Positions 1-9,912 of a stretch of 64,000 bases of DNA are shown one piece after another. The DNA is from an uncultured Planctomycetota bacterium. GTDB lineage: Bacteria > Planctomycetota > Planctomycetia > Pirellulales > Pirellulaceae. The stretch's first letter is position 1. Each line of letters opens with the position of its first letter. Where the stretch lies: positions 27,938 to 91,937 of the forward strand of contig CAVXOB010000004.1 in assembly GCA_963763175.1 (NCBI GenBank). The letters run 5' to 3'. The translations under genes were made by a program, and so were the position numbers. The notes beneath the pieces were generated by a model, which did not search any database, was not told the origin of the DNA, and saw nothing but the letters and a program-made list of their open reading frames with translations.

Positions 1-382
1 CCAGCTCCGGGCAATCCGATCCAATGACCATGATCCGGCGGATATTCTCGTTGAACGCCGCCGCGACGGCGTTTGCAATACGCTGGCCGAGATCACCACC
101 GGTTTGCAGCCGATAATGATGCTTGCCACCGAAAAGCCCCGCCATCTTGACCCGATCGCCACCGACAAATCTCACCTCCATCTCGCACGAGTGTTGATCG
201 CAAAAATCACTGACCGTACGGAGCGACTGTTTTGTCAAGGCGATCTGGAGTCGGGCAGCACCATCGGGACCGAGGGCCGGGATCATCCGTGTTTTCGTTT
301 TTCCCGGTTCAGGATACCTTGTGAACACGATCACTCGCGTGGTCGGTTCAGCTGTCAATCCTGCGTCAGATGGATCGTTCAC
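1..382 (-). CDS. TIGR04282/DUF2064-family glycosyltransferase (arsenosugar-cluster associated). Only the N-terminal part is present; the gene runs off the window start.
   Basis: My own minus-strand translation from GTG 382-380 gives VNDPSDAGLTAEPTTRVIVFTRYPEPGKTKTRMIPALGPDGAARLQIALTKQSLRTV...GGDLGQRIANAVAAAFNENIRRIMVIGSDCPEL. The VFxxxPxPGxxKTR N-terminus and the IGSDCP motif are typical of this family. The GTGA start/stop overlap with arsS (TGA 381-379) suggests translational coupling. It is absent from the ORF track because it is truncated by the window edge. Confidence 0.6.
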   Translation of the reverse strand, partial: MNDPSDAGLTAEPTTRVIVFTRYPEPGKTKTRMIPALGPDGAARLQIALTKQSLRTVSDFCDQHSCEMEVRFVGGDRVKMAGLFGGKHHYRLQTGGDLGQRIANAVAAAFNENIRRIMVIGSDCPEL

Positions 383-1425
383 TTGACCAATATGCCTTGG
401 CAACTTGATCCGCAACCGGCCGTGCAGCCAAAACAGTGTCGGCCCGTTTGAATCGCTCGCGAAGCAAGTTTTCGGGAATTGAACTCTCTGATGTGCTGAG
501 GGACGCCGGAGGCCAGCCTCATGTTGAGCATCTGGTTGAAGTCACAATCGAACAGGTTTCCCTCCCAATCCACAGAAACCATGGTGCGGCACATAACGGA
601 ACCAACGGTGAGCGGATTGAAACTGTCAATTAGCTTCTGCAGATAAGTATCAAACTGTTTGGTCCTCAACAAATCATCGAGAAATCGGCTGATCGGCAGA
701 TTCGTGATCACGTGGAGTTCCGTGAAATCGATGTCGTACCGCGATTTCAACTCGCGCCGGTAAGCACTCTCCAAATCAGTTTGCGGCGGCGGAAGGGAGA
801 CGCCCGTCGGATTGTAAACCAATGACAGCTTGAGATCCGAACCGGGCTGAGCGTAGCCAAGAGCGTTGAGTCGCCTGAGAGCCTCGATCGATCGTGCAAA
901 GACGCCGTCGCCACGCTGGCCATCGCAATTTTCCTCAAGATAACAGGGTAGAGACGCAACCACCTCGACGCCCTGACGAGCAAGAAACTCGGGCAGATCT
1001 TGAAAACCATTCGCCATCAATATCGTTAAATTGCAACGATCGATCACACGCCGTCCTAACTCCCGAGCTTGCTCGACGAGCCAGCGGAAGTTGGGATTCA
1101 TCTCGGGGGCACCACCGGTGATATCCAGTGTCGCAATATCGTGGTTCGCCAAGACATCGATGATCGCCTCGGCAGTTTCTCGTGACATACTCTCGCGCCG
1201 ATCCGGGCCGGCGTCGACGTGGCAGTGGGTGCAAGTCTGGTTACAGAGTTTGCCTACGTTGATCTGCAGCACCTCGATCGCCGTCCCCGTTAGCGATGGC
1301 ATCCTCTCCTGCCGCAGTTTCTCAACGAACGTCGGCATCCCCCCGAACGAATCTGCTTCGAGTATCGCTCGCTGCTTCGTGGCGTTGGCGAGTTCGCTCT
1401 TCTGTCTTAGCAACGATAACTGCAA
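379..1425 (-). CDS. arsS: Arsenosugar biosynthesis radical SAM protein ArsS
   Basis: 348-aa ORF with the radical-SAM cluster motif CNQTCTHC and the C-terminal Cys-rich tail HCFGCTAGCGSSCQG characteristic of the ArsS family. It lies directly downstream of an ArsM-type methyltransferase. Confidence 0.85.
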   Translation of the reverse strand: MQLSLLRQKSELANATKQRAILEADSFGGMPTFVEKLRQERMPSLTGTAIEVLQINVGKLCNQTCTHCHVDAGPDRRESMSRETAEAIIDVLANHDIATLDITGGAPEMNPNFRWLVEQARELGRRVIDRCNLTILMANGFQDLPEFLARQGVEVVASLPCYLEENCDGQRGDGVFARSIEALRRLNALGYAQPGSDLKLSLVYNPTGVSLPPPQTDLESAYRRELKSRYDIDFTELHVITNLPISRFLDDLLRTKQFDTYLQKLIDSFNPLTVGSVMCRTMVSVDWEGNLFDCDFNQMLNMRLASGVPQHIREFNSRKLASRAIQTGRHCFGCTAGCGSSCQGILVK

Positions 1426-1483
1426 GGTGATTTTCTTTGGAGGGCACGGTGGGAGACTTGGTTAAGATCTTGTTGGCGTTTCG

Positions 1484-2680
1484 TCAACAGCATGGGCCAA
1501 CATCACGGCAGCCGTCGCCAACGACGGCCGTCGTAGCGTGATAGTCGGAGCCTTTGGTGTGACCTGGGTCACGACGTGAATTTTGTTGGCAGTCGAATGG
1601 TTTTGCGTCTGCTAACGATACTTCGTCACGAGGGTCAATTGCTGCGAACATGCCTACGTAGGGTTCGGATTGCATAACATGGTATGTCTTGTCGCAAACT
1701 GCCATGCGTTCACCACGATGATAGGTGTGCCCATCGTCATCTTTCACCATTTTGAAAGGTCCACGATAAATCAGGGCTTGATTGCGTTCCAGGCAGGGAC
1801 CCTGCGTGCCTTTGTGCGCGACCACGGTAACGGAGCGAAACTCGATTCCTTCGACGGTTCGCCACGGCTGGCTCTCTCGTTTCACCATCTCAATGCCATG
1901 AAATCCGGCTTGCTCGAATGCCGCGAGAAATTTATCTTCGCGAAACGCACCCGAGAGGCATCCCGACCATAACTCGGGGTCTTGCTGCAGTCGTTCGGGT
2001 ATATCTTCATCGCTGACGATATCGCTGATGGCGGCACGACCGCCACGCCGCAGCACCCGGAAAATTTCAGCGAACAGCATCTGACGGTCTTGTTGGCGGA
2101 CAAGGTTCAAAACACAGTTGGAGAGCACACAGTCAACCGAATCATTGGCAACAAGCGGCTGATCGCGGCGCAGACGCTCTTCGACATGGCGGAGCGAAAG
2201 ATAGTCGGCTGCGGTGGAGACGGGGTGATTCGAGAGTTCAGCAGCGAGTTGGTCCAGATCGAGCGAGAGATCTTGGATGAGACCATAGCGAAAATCGACA
2301 TTCGAAAAACCGAGACGTTCCGCCACGATCGGAGCATATTTGCGGGCGAGCTCGAGCATTTCTCGATTGCAGTCAATACCAATCACTCGGCCGCTGGGCC
2401 CAACGACCTGCGCAGCGATATAGCACAACTTGCCCCCACCGCTGCCCAAGTCAAGGACGGTGTCACCGGGGCGAACGTACGGCGTGGGATCGCCGCAACC
2501 ATAATCGCGCTGAATAATCTCCTCGGGAATCACATCGAGCAATCCTGCGGCGTATTGAACGGGGCAGCATAATGCTGGCTCGACCGCGTGGGCTGCCGCA
2601 GCATACCGCTGATACACCGATGACTCCGATGCCTGATTCGCCTGTCCTGTCGTTAAATTCATGAGTCGTTCGCTATTCAT
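1484..2680 (-). CDS. arsM: Arsenite S-adenosylmethionine methyltransferase (ArsM-like)
   Basis: 398-aa ORF with the SAM-binding motif VLDLGSGGG. Conserved ArsM cysteine contexts are present: LCCPV, YGCGDP, LSNCVLNL and WSGCLSGA. It has a Cys-rich C-terminal tail. Gene order is arsM-arsS-glycosyltransferase. Confidence 0.8.
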   Translation of the reverse strand: MNSERLMNLTTGQANQASESSVYQRYAAAAHAVEPALCCPVQYAAGLLDVIPEEIIQRDYGCGDPTPYVRPGDTVLDLGSGGGKLCYIAAQVVGPSGRVIGIDCNREMLELARKYAPIVAERLGFSNVDFRYGLIQDLSLDLDQLAAELSNHPVSTAADYLSLRHVEERLRRDQPLVANDSVDCVLSNCVLNLVRQQDRQMLFAEIFRVLRRGGRAAISDIVSDEDIPERLQQDPELWSGCLSGAFREDKFLAAFEQAGFHGIEMVKRESQPWRTVEGIEFRSVTVVAHKGTQGPCLERNQALIYRGPFKMVKDDDGHTYHRGERMAVCDKTYHVMQSEPYVGMFAAIDPRDEVSLADAKPFDCQQNSRRDPGHTKGSDYHATTAVVGDGCRDVGPCC

Positions 2681-2764
2681 TGTGCAAAAAAACGTTGTTA
2701 TGTCGCGCCCGGGCGGTCATAATGTTAAGCTGGCAACCTTCGACGCTACCGTTATGTCCCTGTC

Positions 2765-5700
2765 TTGTCCTCGCCTACGATTGCTTTCCCTGTGCGTTTC
2801 AACTGCAACCGAATTATAGCGAATCTGTTCGTCTTATTGAGCATTTCGCTGCTCATTCCGATCAGTTCCGCCCAAGATCCGTTTGGAAACGGTTCGGCGG
2901 GTCCGTCCAGAAGCCCAGGTGGAGAGCGACCGGACGGTCGCCCGGGCGGTAAGGCTGTCCCCGCTGAACCTGGCAAAGAGGGTGCGAAGCCCGATGCGGC
3001 CAAGGGCGATGAGGCGAAAAAAGAGGGTGGCGACGCGGAAAAATCCTCGCCCCCGAAGGTCGTTCGTCGCGACGGATTGGATCTACCCGAAGGAGATCCA
3101 GCGGAATTGAAGGCGGCGGTAGGCGAAGACGGCAAAGTCGGATTTCGATTTCGCAACCAGGGCTGGGTCGATTTAATCGGCTGGTTGTCAGATATCTCAG
3201 GGCAACCGATCGACTGGCAGGAGTTGCCCGGTGACTCAGTGAATTTGGTCAGTCCAGAGCGGTTGACGGTTACCGACACGATCGACCTCGTCAACCGGCA
3301 CCTCCTCGCCCGTGGGTATACGATGCTGGAGCTCGAAGGTGGCATCACGATCGTCAAAACCGATTCCATCAATCCCGGGATGGTCCATTGGATCGATCCA
3401 TCGGAGCTTCACTCGCTGCCCAATCACGCGTTCGTCCGAACGATGCTCGATGCCGGCTGGCTGTCGGCTGAAAAGTTGGCTCAGGAGCTCTCACCAATGC
3501 TCAGCGGGGCGGGAAAGTTGACCGCCTTAGCGACAACCAACCGGATCGAGGCGATGGATGCTGCGGTGAACTTGCGTGAGGTTGCCCGATTGCTCTCGGA
3601 AGAACGCGATCTGGCCAGCCGGGATGCGCTGGCGCCCGAGTTTCGATTACGGCATATACCCGCCGAAGAAGCCAAGACGCTCCTGGAGGAATTCCTGGGT
3701 GTGAAAGAGAAAAGTGCTTCGCCAATGAGCCGCGACCAAATTCAAATGATGCAGCGCATGCAACAGCAGCAGCAACAACAGGGTGGTCAACCGCCGGCCA
3801 GTCAGAAAGAAATTGAGATTTCGATCGTCGCCAACGTGCGGCAGAACTCCGTGCTCGTCCGCGCGCCGATTGATCGGGTTGCCATCGCGGCTGAATTTAT
3901 CAAGCGAATCGACGTGCCCGGCGGATCACTGAAATCACTCACCGACGCGACGAGCCGCGTGGAGGTCTATCGTTTGGTGTCGTTGGATCCGGAAAAGTTG
4001 ATCGAGATCGCTCAAGAGATGAACGTGCTCGAACCGACCACCCGGATTCGTGTCGACAAAGATAATAAAGCGGTGATCGTCTCCGGTGCAGCAGCAGACC
4101 GGTTCATCATCAAGTCCCTGATCGAGCGGCTCGATGGTGGCAAACGGCGTTTCGAAGTCTTGCAACTACGGAGACTCGATGCAGCCGCCGTTACCGAGTC
4201 GATTGCGTTCCTCATGGGCACGAATAAGGATGAGGATGATAGCAACAGTCGCAATAGCAGGTACTCGTATTACGGGTGGGGTGGTGGCAGCGACGACGAA
4301 AAAAAAGACGAGGATGAGTTTCGCGTTGCCGCGAATACGAGCTACCGCCAAGTCCTGTTGTGGGCTAACGAAGCTGAAATGGAAGAGGTGCGTTCACTGT
4401 TGATCAAGCTCGGGGAACTTCCTCCGCCGGGAGGAAGCGGTCAAACTGTTCGCGTGATCGAAGCCTCCGCGACTCCTGAAACGCTCGAGTACCTGAAAAA
4501 GCTGAAAGCCCAATGGCAGGCTATGTCCCCCAACGATCTGGTCCTGCCGAGCGAAGATGAATTTCGTGAGTCGACGCCCGATGAGGCCCCGTCCAAGTCG
4601 GACGAACCAGACGACGACACAAAGAAATCCGACAAGGAAAAGGACGGTGAGCAAGAAGATGCGAAACCGCCCGCTGACGACGAGATCGTCGACGCCAAGC
4701 CAGTCATCGATCGCACCGATTGGGACGCTGCACGATTCCATCGGGCCGCGGCCAATGCGGTGATCTTGACGGCAGAGCAAACACCGACGAGCGAGACCGA
4801 AGAGGATAAACCAGCGCCTGTCGAAATTCGGGTTGATGAACGTGGCAATCTCGTGCTGTCGAGCAGCGACACGAAGGCGCTCGATAAACTCGAAAACCTG
4901 ATGCTCGATATTAAACCGCCGAGCCGGTCCTACCACGTCTTTCACATTGAGAATGCGTCGGTCACGCTATTGACGATGGATCTCGAAGACTATTTTGAGG
5001 ATCCCGATGAAAAGAAAGACGATAACTCCAACCGTTTTATGCGCTGGTATGGCTTCGGTGACGACTCATCCGATGATAAAGGGCCAACGGGCTTGGCCAA
5101 AGGGGGCACGCTACGTTTCTTACCCAACTCGGACACCGGAACGATCATCGTCACGGGTGCGACAGGTGGTCAATTGCAAACGATCCGTGAACTCATTGAG
5201 TTGTGGGACGTTGCTGAGCCAATCAATCCAAAACTCAGCCGGTTTACCAAGCTCGTTACCGTTCGCTATGGTCGTAGCGAAAAGATTGCGGAAACGGTCA
5301 AGGAAGCCTATCGCGATCTGCTGAGCAGTAACGATAAAGCATTTTCTGGAGGCGGCGGGCGCGGGAATGGTGGCGGAGGTGAAAAGCGATCAAGCAATCG
5401 CGAACAAGGCTCTCGACTGGAGGATTCCGAGAGCGGTCGGAGTGGTGGCGGCAGTGACTTTTCCTTCAACGGAAAACTCTCGATCGGCGTGGATGAACTG
5501 GGCAATACACTGTTGGTAAGTGCCGAGGGCGAATCGCTGTTAGAGCTGATCGTTTCGATGATCGAGAAGCTCGATCACGCAGCTCAACCGGGTGGCGAAA
5601 TTGAAATTGTGACGTTTTCGGGTGACGTTTCAGCCGAGACACTGCGGCAAGCAATGTCGGCATTGGGGAATACTTCCATGGGTGAGTCCTCCGGTGCTAG

Positions 5701-5854
5701 TAATAGCAGGCCCGATTATCGCAACTCGGATCGGGGGCGTGATCGCGATCGAGGTGGACGCTCGGATCGGGGTGGTGATCGCAATGGTGGAGGGGATCGA
5801 GGAGGAGATGGTGGCGGAGACCGGGGCGGAGATCGTTCTGGCAATCGCGATTAA
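2765..5854 (+). CDS. Secreted protein with about 7-8 secretin-N (GspD N-domain-like) repeats, acidic linkers and a C-terminal GGDR/RGG low-complexity tail. No secretin beta-barrel domain is recognisable.
   Basis: 1029-aa ORF from a TTG start (an alternative GTG is at 2792). The signal peptide is NLFVLLSISLLIPISSAQ. Repeated modules look like IVANVRQNSVLVRAPIDRVAIAAEFIKRIDVP, VDKDNKAVIVSGAAADRFIIKSLIERLD and VDELGNTLLVSAEGESLLELIVSMIEKLD. The tail reads DRGRDRDRGGRSDRGGDRNGGGDRGGDGGGDRGGDRSGNRD. Confidence 0.7.
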   Translation: MSSPTIAFPVRFNCNRIIANLFVLLSISLLIPISSAQDPFGNGSAGPSRSPGGERPDGRPGGKAVPAEPGKEGAKPDAAKGDEAKKEGGDAEKSSPPKVVRRDGLDLPEGDPAELKAAVGEDGKVGFRFRNQGWVDLIGWLSDISGQPIDWQELPGDSVNLVSPERLTVTDTIDLVNRHLLARGYTMLELEGGITIVKTDSINPGMVHWIDPSELHSLPNHAFVRTMLDAGWLSAEKLAQELSPMLSGAGKLTALATTNRIEAMDAAVNLREVARLLSEERDLASRDALAPEFRLRHIPAEEAKTLLEEFLGVKEKSASPMSRDQIQMMQRMQQQQQQQGGQPPASQKEIEISIVANVRQNSVLVRAPIDRVAIAAEFIKRIDVPGGSLKSLTDATSRVEVYRLVSLDPEKLIEIAQEMNVLEPTTRIRVDKDNKAVIVSGAAADRFIIKSLIERLDGGKRRFEVLQLRRLDAAAVTESIAFLMGTNKDEDDSNSRNSRYSYYGWGGGSDDEKKDEDEFRVAANTSYRQVLLWANEAEMEEVRSLLIKLGELPPPGGSGQTVRVIEASATPETLEYLKKLKAQWQAMSPNDLVLPSEDEFRESTPDEAPSKSDEPDDDTKKSDKEKDGEQEDAKPPADDEIVDAKPVIDRTDWDAARFHRAAANAVILTAEQTPTSETEEDKPAPVEIRVDERGNLVLSSSDTKALDKLENLMLDIKPPSRSYHVFHIENASVTLLTMDLEDYFEDPDEKKDDNSNRFMRWYGFGDDSSDDKGPTGLAKGGTLRFLPNSDTGTIIVTGATGGQLQTIRELIELWDVAEPINPKLSRFTKLVTVRYGRSEKIAETVKEAYRDLLSSNDKAFSGGGGRGNGGGGEKRSSNREQGSRLEDSESGRSGGGSDFSFNGKLSIGVDELGNTLLVSAEGESLLELIVSMIEKLDHAAQPGGEIEIVTFSGDVSAETLRQAMSALGNTSMGESSGASNSRPDYRNSDRGRDRDRGGRSDRGGDRNGGGDRGGDGGGDRGGDRSGNRD

Positions 5855-5855
5855 A

Positions 5856-5955
5856 AGCCTATCCGCAGAGGAATTTGACCCTTTGAAGGTAAGACATTAT
5901 ACACGGTTCTTAACAGCCTCGCCGCAGAGGGTCCGACCCCTTTTCGGCTGGGCTC
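5856..5955. repeat. Palindromic REP/MITE-like element, copy A (degenerate)
   Basis: The left arm is AGCCTATCCGCAGAGGAATTTGACCCTTTGAAGG and the right arm is CCTCGCCGCAGAGGGTCCGACCCCTTTTCGGCTGGGCTC. It starts 2 nt after the TAA stop at 5852-5854. It is related to the copies at 22681, 31685 and 50133. Confidence 0.7.
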
Positions 5956-6001
5956 CTATGAATAGCATTCCCGTGCGGGGCGAACCGAGAAGGAAACTCG
6001 A

Positions 6002-8964
6002 TTGATAGCCAAGCCATTTTCGGCGAACTTTGCCCGTCGTGTGATATCGCGTGCCAGCATCATCGTAATTGCGTGGCTGATCGTGGCAGTGCTCGCAAGG
6101 GGGTTGGCCCCCTCTTGGAAGTCCGTTGCGTTAGACGGCGACTTTGACTACTTGCCCTCCACACAGAACAGTGTCGCGGGCGGGCGGCTACTCGATCGAG
6201 CTTTCAAGGGAACCCGCGCTCGCAGCCAAATGGTGCTCGTCTTTGCCAAAGATTCGGAATCGTTCACGTCCGCAGATCACTTGTTGGGACTCGACGTCCT
6301 ACGGCGACTCTACCATCGTCTCGGCGAGGTTTGCTGGCAGCGATCCGAGCGTATCGCCTGCGGGGACGTTCAACCCAGTGATGCGATGGTCCCACAGCCT
6401 GACGCATTGCCTGACGCTGGGATCGCCGCAGCGGGCACTTCGGAGACAGGTTCCGCCGAGGGGAACGCGGGAAAGCTGGATGGTTCCACAAGCCCAGCCA
6501 CCAACGATGCCGCACAACGTTGGCTGCGCGTGGCTGGGGAGGCGTTCGATCAGGCGATCGAAATTGATGCCGATTTTTATAAGTTGCTTGGTGATCGCGT
6601 ACCGCAACGCGAGCCGACTGCCTATGAACCGCGGCTGGCGATCGCTTATTGGGATCGCGGCAAGCTGGCCGAAGCTCGTTGTGCAGATCCGGCCTTGATC
6701 GACGAAGATCTTGCGTCGGCAGAGGTGCTCGATCCCCAGATTGGCGCTACTGCGTCTCCCGTGATCCAGCGCCAACTCGACGATTGGCAGGAATTGTTGG
6801 ACGTTTACAGTTGGAAAGAACCGGTCATCGGTGGACAGTTACGACGACCGCACGCACGAATAGCTGTCATGTCGCTGGCCAGCGAATTGGCGGCGACCGG
6901 AAACATCGAACTGCTTACCCGTCTGAGACAGTTGGTCGCCGAGTGTGTGGAGTATCAATCCGAATACTTGAAACCTGAGGAGCTCTCACAGGCCGGCAAT
7001 CTCCAGGTTCGCATCACCGGGTCAGCGGCAATCGGCGGCGAAACATTACTCGCAGCGCGATCGGCGATCTCGTATACCGAATGGTTCACCGTCGTGATGA
7101 TCTTGATCATCCTCGCCGTCGTGTATCGGGCTCCGCTGCTAGTCGCTGTGCCGCTGATCACGATCGCGGTGGCGGTCATCGTGTCGACGGCCGTTGTGAC
7201 CACTCTCGCAGATTTGTCGACGAACTCCCCATGGTTGGGACTGGATTTAAAAGTCTACACGACGAGTCGAATTTTTGTAGTCGTGATCCTGTTCGGGGCC
7301 GGGACCGACTATTGCTTGTTCTTGATCTCGCGTTTGCGGGAGGAAGCGGCCACCCAACCCTGGCCGGTCGCTTGCGAACAATCGCTCGCAAGCGTCAGCA
7401 GTGCTCTCTTAGGAAGTGCCTTGACGACGATCGTGGGCCTGGGAATGTTGTGGTTCGCGGACTTCGGAAAGTTTCATCATACCGGTCCCATTATCGCCAT
7501 CTGTTTGTGTATCGGGCTGCTCGTCTGCATGACGTTAACACCAGCGTGCTTACGGTTATTGGGGCCAGCTGTGTTTTGGCCAGCAACGATCATTCCCGAC
7601 GCCGATCGCAAAGTCGTCTCGCTGCTGTCAAATCGCGATGTCGCCGATGTGAAAGGGAGCGACGAGAATTCACCTCGCAAGACCAACTTGCGTGGTGGCA
7701 GCCGCGCTTGGAACGCGGCATCGATCGCATTGACGCGATATCCAATTTGGACGCTGGCGGCCGGCTGGTTGTTGTTGATCTTGCCTGCGATCGGTGGGCG
7801 AATGCACGAGCAAGATGTTACGTATGATTTGAGTGGCCAGTTATCCAACACGGCCGGCAGCCGGCAAGGGATGCTGCTGCTCGACGAAAATTTTGGTGTC
7901 GGAGAACTCGCACCGATTTCTGTGCTTGCGCTACGCAGGGGGATCAGGACAAAGCATCACTCACGGCGACACGTGCTCTCTTAGGTGAGTCACTCTACAA
8001 AATCGACGGTGTGCAACGCGTGCGTTCGCTGAGCGATCCGTTGGGAGATTTCCCGCCCGCCCGAGAAATGGGGTTGCTCAGCAAAGAGGCTTGGCGACGC
8101 CGGGCACTCCAGAATCACCGCATGTCTCGACTCCACTTTGTCGCCAATGAACCTCGATTCGCAAACCGGTTGATCCGTTTGGATGTGATCGTCCAGGAGG
8201 ATCCGTTTTCGCAAGCTGCGGCGCGCAGATTGAAAGCGATTACGGACCAAACACGGAACGTTCTCGATAGCCAACAGGGCGATTCCGGCACATCCTGGGA
8301 ACTTTACTTCACCGGTACCACCGCCTCGATTGAAGACCTTCGCGAAGTCACTCTGCGAGATACCGGGCGAATCAAGGTCGCCGTGATTCTCGCTGTCCTC
8401 GCGGTACTGGTTCTCGTCCTGCGGCGCACGGTGCTTTCATTGTATCTGATCGCGACGGTACTGCTCAGCTACTACGCAACTCTCGGATTAACGTACTGGT
8501 TTTTTCGAGCGATCGACGGCCCACATTTTCTGGGACTCGATTGGAAACTGCCACTCTTTCTGTTTGTGATCCTCGTGGCCATTGGGCAGGATTACAACGT
8601 TTATTTGGTAACGCGGATCCTCGAAGAGCGGCAACGCTTGGGATCACTTGCGGCAGTGCGACGAGCCGTTGCACGGACGGGCGGCATTGTGACCGCTTGT
8701 GGGATCGTCATGGCGGCCACGTTCTTCAGCATGACCGCGTCGGCCTGGTGGCCGCCGATGAGCGCGTGGATTGGGCTGTCAGACTCAGTCGCGATCGATA
8801 CGTCACAGCAGACAACTCTGCGAGGTATCACCGAACTGGGATTTGCCTTGGCCCTCGGCGTGTTGATTGACACGCTCTACGTTCGCACGGTGTTGGTGCC
8901 GAGTTTTGTTGTCCTCCAAGACCGCTTTCGCCGGCGATATCAAGCAAAGGAAACTACGAGTTAG
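6002..8964 (+). pseudogene. MMPL-family (RND superfamily) transporter interrupted by a single-nucleotide frameshift, seen as ORFs 6002-7984 and 8011-8964
   Basis: Both halves carry MMPL signature segments: GAGTDYCLFLISRLREE in the first and AIGQDYNVYLVTRILEE in the second. The second frame stays open and protein-like upstream to about 7940 (GDQDKASLTATRALLGESLYKIDGVQRV). Adding one G to the G5 run at 7938-7942 fuses the two ORFs into one 987-aa protein (988 codons including the stop). Confidence 0.75.
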
Positions 8965-9292
8965 TGTTTCCTCTGAATCGAATTGGACGGTCCGCGATCT
9001 TGCGAAAGATCCGGCTTCGCCGATCGTCGACCGACGGGTCCGCCCGTCAGCAGCCCCAAGCGATGGACGCTTTGCACGAGACGCTCTGGCATCGCACCGC
9101 CCTCTCCAACGGCCTTTCCAATGCGTGCTATTGCATCCTCAGGACTGAGTCCATCCTCCCCGCCGCATCGCCGCAGCATTACCGAGCTGATTCTTCGCAT
9201 GTCCGCCAACTCGGGTAAATCCGCTCGTGTCAACGTGTGTCCAAAATTTTGCTTGACCCAGCCATTTCAACGCCTCATGCTCACCCGACGCC

Positions 9293-9413
9293 AACCGGCG
9301 ATAACATTCCCTCGAACCGGCGATAACAATTCGCGTGTCACCGAGGGAACCGAAGGACCAACCGGCGATAACACCCCAAGGATCAGTTTATCACCCCCCA
9401 ACCGGCGATAATT
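9293..9413 (+). repeat. Four direct copies of a 12-14-nt motif, AACCGGCGATAA(CA)
   Basis: Exact AACCGGCGATAACA occurs at 9293-9306, 9315-9328 and 9360-9373. AACCGGCGATAATT occurs at 9400-9413. Spacing is irregular (22, 45 and 40 nt) and no convincing ORF covers the region. Confidence 0.8.
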
Positions 9414-9699
9414 ACCTCGTTGAACTTAATCGAATTGCCCCGGTGCCCCGCAGGGTATTCAGCATCCAGGTGACTGGCCGCATCCCTGCGGGTAGAGGAC
9501 TGGCATCCATGCCAGCCAAGAACTGAAGTGATGAGCTGCGCTCGCTGTTTTCTTTTTTTCTTTGGCGTGCCGCTGTTGGATACGCGACCTCTCCGCTGAG
9601 GTGATTCTCAGCCAGCATGTCGAAACGAGCGTGCTGTAATTGCACCCGTCAGGCCGTGAGATGGGTGCGGCCCAGCTATCCACTGGAATGCCCAGCATG

Positions 9700-9867
9700 A
9701 CCCCGTACCAAAAACGTCTTTGCCCACTCACCCGCCGCTTGGCAGAGGATATGAAAATCCGCAACATGGTCGGCCAGGTCGTGTTCACATTACCGAGCCA
9801 ACTTTCGCGGTTGGCGCTCAGTAATCGCGAGTCGCTCGCCGACTTGCTGTTTCGGTCAGCACGCGAA
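9700..9867 (+). pseudogene. Mobile-element relic: a fragment of an integrase N-terminus fused to a fragment of an IS91-family (Y2) transposase
   Basis: The translation TPYQKRLCPLTRRLAEDMKIRNM resembles the conserved LRQRMIEDMQIRN N-terminus of IS91-associated tyrosine recombinases. VVFTLPSQLSRLALSNRESLADLLFRSARE resembles the HVVFTLPxELxxLAxxNxxxxYxLLFRAA block of IS91-family transposases. Both are short and out of context. The calls are from memory of family motifs only. Confidence 0.4.
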
Positions 9868-9912
9868 AACGCGGGGATCGCTCACCACAACTTTCGCAAA
9901 CGGAGAAAAGTC

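Noticed and set aside
104-451. 115-aa plus-strand ORF at the window start
   Set aside because: It overlaps the minus-strand glycosyltransferase and arsS genes, which have clear family motifs. Its own sequence is not protein-like.
2752-3372. 206-aa minus-strand ORF overlapping the start of the secretin-N-repeat gene
   Set aside because: It is a Pro/Ser/Arg-rich shadow ORF opposite a low-complexity coding region. It has no start context or motifs.
8961-9233. 90-aa minus-strand ORF (TRADLPELADMRRISSVMLRRCGGEDGLSPEDAIARIGKAV...), which I considered as a recombinase or HTH fragment
   Set aside because: I could not match it to any family motif with confidence. It sits among mobile-element relics and may be another fragment, so it is left unannotated.
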